DNA from: Mobula birostris
Taxonomy: Eukaryota
Assembly (NCBI RefSeq): GCF_030028105.1
Contig: NC_092382.1
Coordinates: forward strand, 806,001 to 870,000
DNA: 64,000 nucleotides
Reading direction: 5' to 3'
Below the pieces are notes generated by a model. It saw nothing but the letters and a program-made list of their open reading frames with translations. It had not been told where the DNA came from and searched no databases. Position 1 is the first letter of the stretch. The number at the start of each line of letters is the position of its first letter. Position numbers and translations under genes: made by a program. Below are positions 60,410-64,000 of this stretch, in pieces.

Positions 60410-63260
60410 ATGGAAAAGTACAGCAGGGGAACAGGCCCTCCTGCTCACTGCGTTGTTCTGAACTAATCGAACGGACAATTTCATGACTAACTACAGCCAT
60501 TCCTTCTGCCTACACAAGGTGCACATCCTTCCATGTTTACGCATTCATGTGGTATCTGATAACCTCCATGGAATCGGCCTCCACCATCACATTCGGCAAT
60601 CCTTCCAGACACCCGCCACGATGAGAATGAAAAAAAAAACGTAAAGAACATCTCCTTTAAACATTCTGAATCATGTTTAACATCACTGTCTTACATAAGT
60701 TGTTTTATTACAACAGGAGTGGTTGGAAATGATACAAAATTACACTAAATTTAAATAAGTAAACAAACAAACAAATGAACAAACAAATAAATAAATGCTG
60801 CGAAAAAGGACTGTAAGGTTCCCGACCAGAAATGTCGACTGGACTTTTATTTTTCATCGATGCTGCCGAGCCTGCTGAGTCCCTGCAGCAATTTGTGTGC
60901 GTTGCTTGGATTTCCAGCATCGGAAGATTTTCTGTTGTTTGTAATGAGATGCTGTTTCCCCCATTCACCTTAAATACATTCCCTCTGGTATCAGACATTT
61001 CTTCCTCAAGGAAAAAAGGAAGCGGCTATCCACTCTGTCTGCGACTCTCATATACCCATACTCCTCGGTGTGGCCTTCCTCAGCCTCTACTGTTCCCGAG
61101 CAAATATCCCTCGATTGCTCAATCTCTCCTTATCCAGGCAGCGTCATGTTTACCCTCTTCTACTCACTGTCCAAAGCATCGACATTTTCCCGGTAATATA
61201 ATGCAATATGCCAGATGCGGTTCATCAAGAGATTTAGTAAACTGCAACCCAGCTACCTGACATTGGGGCTCACTGCCACGCTTATTAAAAGTAAACAGAC
61301 CGTACGCCTTCTTTACCATCTCATTGTCCCATGCAGCCACTTTCCGGGAGCGATGAACTGGATCCTGGGATCCTTCTGCACATTAACACTGGACTTCAAC
61401 ACAATCCAATCTCACCCCATGACACGTATCCCAGAGTCCCGGTAAACCTCCTCTGCATTCTCCCAGCACAAGACATCTTCTCGACTGAATGTTGACCAGA
61501 ACGGGATGCAAAAAATTCAAGAAACTTAGCAGGTCAGGCAGCATCTATTGAAAGATACAGAAACAATGTCTCGGAAGAGATCCATCCCTTTCAACATTGG
61601 CACGGGTCCTTCAACACAGCCCTTCCATGCCGACCAGGTGAGCACCTAAACTAGTTCTGTCTGTCTGCGTCTGACCCATTCCCCCTGAAACTGGAATTAA
61701 ATCGAATGCAGATCTCGGTCGCTTTGGCACATGGGCTGAAGGGTATTTTTCCTGCTGTAAATACCGCACCAGTAAGGAGGTCTTGTCCACTGACTTAAAG
61801 AGAATTAAGTTCGAGAACCTTCCAGAGCCTGGGGGGCTACACTGCACATTATTGTGAGATGGAGTAGATGACATTACTGGGGACTTCAGCAATACATTTG
61901 TCCTCTCTCTAGCCACAAGCAAGATCCCAGAAAGCCAGGGATAAATGTTATTATATTATTTAGGAAGCCGGATGAATAATATTGGAATACAATGACCCAC
62001 CTCACGTCAGGATATGTAAATTACTGGAGAGCATTCTTTGGGATGGGCTGTACTTATTGAACAAAACATACATAAACATACACCTTGTTTCTTCCAAACT
62101 GTTCTGACCTGTTCCCTGCTCTAGTCCCATCGGCCTGCACCCGGAAAAGAGTCTTTCCTACTATCCACCCCTCCCCCCCCAATCCATGTAGCTGTCCAAG
62201 TGGCTACAGAATGTTGCAATTGAACCTACGTTCTCCACTTCCCCAGACAACTCATTCCACACTCCCACCGACATCTGAGTGAACTTCCCTCTCCTCTGAC
62301 CCTTAAGTATTTCATCTTTTACCCTTAACCTATGATCTCCTCTAGAGTCATCCAACCTGAAGTGGTAAAGCCTCATTTGGGCAAGACCCAACCTATTGAA
62401 TATTACCCTATAACGCAGATCCCAAAGTCCTGGGAACATCATTGAAATTTTCTCTGCAATCTTTCAAATTATCCACATATTTCCTGTAGATTGTTGATCA
62501 GAACGACAAACAATAGAAGTTTGTCCTCACTGACGTCACATTCAACTGCAATATAACGTCACAATTCTTGTACTCAGTAGTTTGATTTATGAAGGCCAAG
62601 GTGTCGAAAGCTTTTTTGTGACCCTGTCTCGGGATTATGGGACTGTATTCCCAGATCTCTCTGTTCCCCCGCACGCCACAATTCACTACCGTTTACTGTG
62701 TAATTCCTACCGGGGTTGGAGCTCCCAAAGCGCAACACCTTACACTTTCCTGCATTGAATCACATCTGCAAAGTTTTCAGCCCATTTTCCAGTAGCTCCA
62801 CTCATGCTGGTCGGCACAACTTTGTGGGCCGAGTGGCCGGTTCCTGTGCTGCACAGTGCTATGGTCAATGTTGTACGTTTAGGACTGAGCACAATACTCT
62901 AAATGTATTCTAACCATAGTTTTGTAGACCTGCAACACCATGTCACGGAATTTGGTTTGGCTCTAGAGGTTGTACCGAGGAATTGATTATAGTGATGACG
63001 GGGTTAAGCCTATGTGTCTCCTGGGAGTAAACTGACTGTACTTCAGAAGAAAGAGAGGGGATCGGACTGAAATGAACCAAGTAATGAAAGAGGGATGGGT
63101 AAATCAGAGGCAGGGAAATCATTACCACTGGCGGGTGAGACTACACTTGGGGATCACAGCCTCAAGATTCGGGAATTAGATTTAGGACGGAGATGAGGGG
63201 GAAGTGCATTTCCCATAAGGTGGTGAACCTGTTGACTCCTCAGCAGTTGAAGCTACTTCA
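60410..63260. mobile_element. Patchwork of old CR1 and Penelope fragments
   Basis: CR1-like pieces (SDTRGNVFKV, SRGDHRLRVK, KKAFDTLAFINQTTEYKNCDVILQL) and a Penelope terminus at ~60810-60935. Boundaries not resolved. Confidence 0.6.
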
Positions 63261-63265
63261 GTAAA

Positions 63266-63665
63266 CACCCACTCAGTGGCCGGGTTGTCGGGTACAGGAG
63301 TGGAAGCCGGTGCCGCCTTTTGCCGCTGCAGCCCATCCTCTACAAGGCTCGACGTGTTGTACGGTCCGAGATGCTCTTCCGCACGCCGCTGTGGCAACGT
63401 GTGGTTATTTGATTCACTGATGTGCGTGAAAATCCCAGAAGATTAGTCGCTTGGGAAATTCTCAAACCATTCCGTCTGTCAGCAATAATTATCCCATGTT
63501 CAACGTCAGTTCGATCACATTTCTTCCTTTGTCTGACGTTTGGACTCAACAGGGACTGAACCTCGTCATCATATCTGCACAATGTTTATGTGTTGAGATG
63601 CTGCCGCATGATTGGCTGATTCGCTATTTGCATCAACGCACAGGTATACAGGTGTACCAAATGTT
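63266..63665 (-). mobile_element. Internally deleted Tc1-family element
   Basis: KKCDRTDVEHGIIIADRRNGLRISQATNLLGFSRTSV..KSISDRTTRRAL (Tc1 HTH region). CACTCAGTGGCC terminus remnant. Confidence 0.75.
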
Positions 63666-64000
63666 GCGTGTAGTTCAGACACGGGCAGGTTTCTGCACAG
63701 CAGGGAATTTATGAGTGCAGGGTGAAAGGCAGATAGTGTTACTGTGGTCAACGGCAGGACATTGGAGAAATGGCAGACTTTGTCCCGGTGAGCGGTGACC
63801 ACAACTCAACACAGGTTTGGGGGAATATAAGATCCCCCGTCGACACAGAAACAAAGGAATAGAAAGACAGCATCAGAGGCGTTACTAAACGGCAGCGCGA
63901 GGAAAATAATTCTTCCAGACACAACAACGTTTGCACGATATTTTTCTCTGTGAACATTTGGTGTTTGATAGTCTTTTTTTCACTTTGATTTGCCGAGAGT

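Overview
Eukaryotic, repeat-rich vertebrate DNA, most likely from a cartilaginous fish (inferred from the receptor family and the CR1/Rex-Babar/Penelope repeat mix), with four N-gaps. The window holds a cluster of six paralogous class-A GPCR loci of the GPR139/GPR142-like type. Four are intact two-exon genes (67-nt exon 1 plus 911-nt exon 2, phase-1 intron, 325 aa), called A (804-3180, -), B (18515-20828, -), C (35905-37962, +) and D (52716-55001, -). Two are disabled exon-2-only pseudogenes of a second subfamily (48220-49106, -; 58377-59280, +). The genes arose by multi-kb segmental duplication: upstream regions align once later insertions are removed, and C/D are the arms of an inverted duplication (~34.8-40.86 kb vs ~49.92-58.1 kb). 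The rest is mostly transposable elements: CR1, Rex1/Babar, R4/Dong, Penelope, Gypsy, Tc1, a pogo-like MITE and RTE-like SINEs. Highlights: a receptor repertoire with a hypervariable pocket and near-invariant intracellular loops; an HDV-like ribozyme at the 5' end of a TSD-flanked retroposon upstream of gene D; minimal hammerhead ribozymes in Penelope ends; and a C/D 3' flank that is more conserved than the C/D coding sequence. All alignments were done by eye, so repeat boundaries are approximate.
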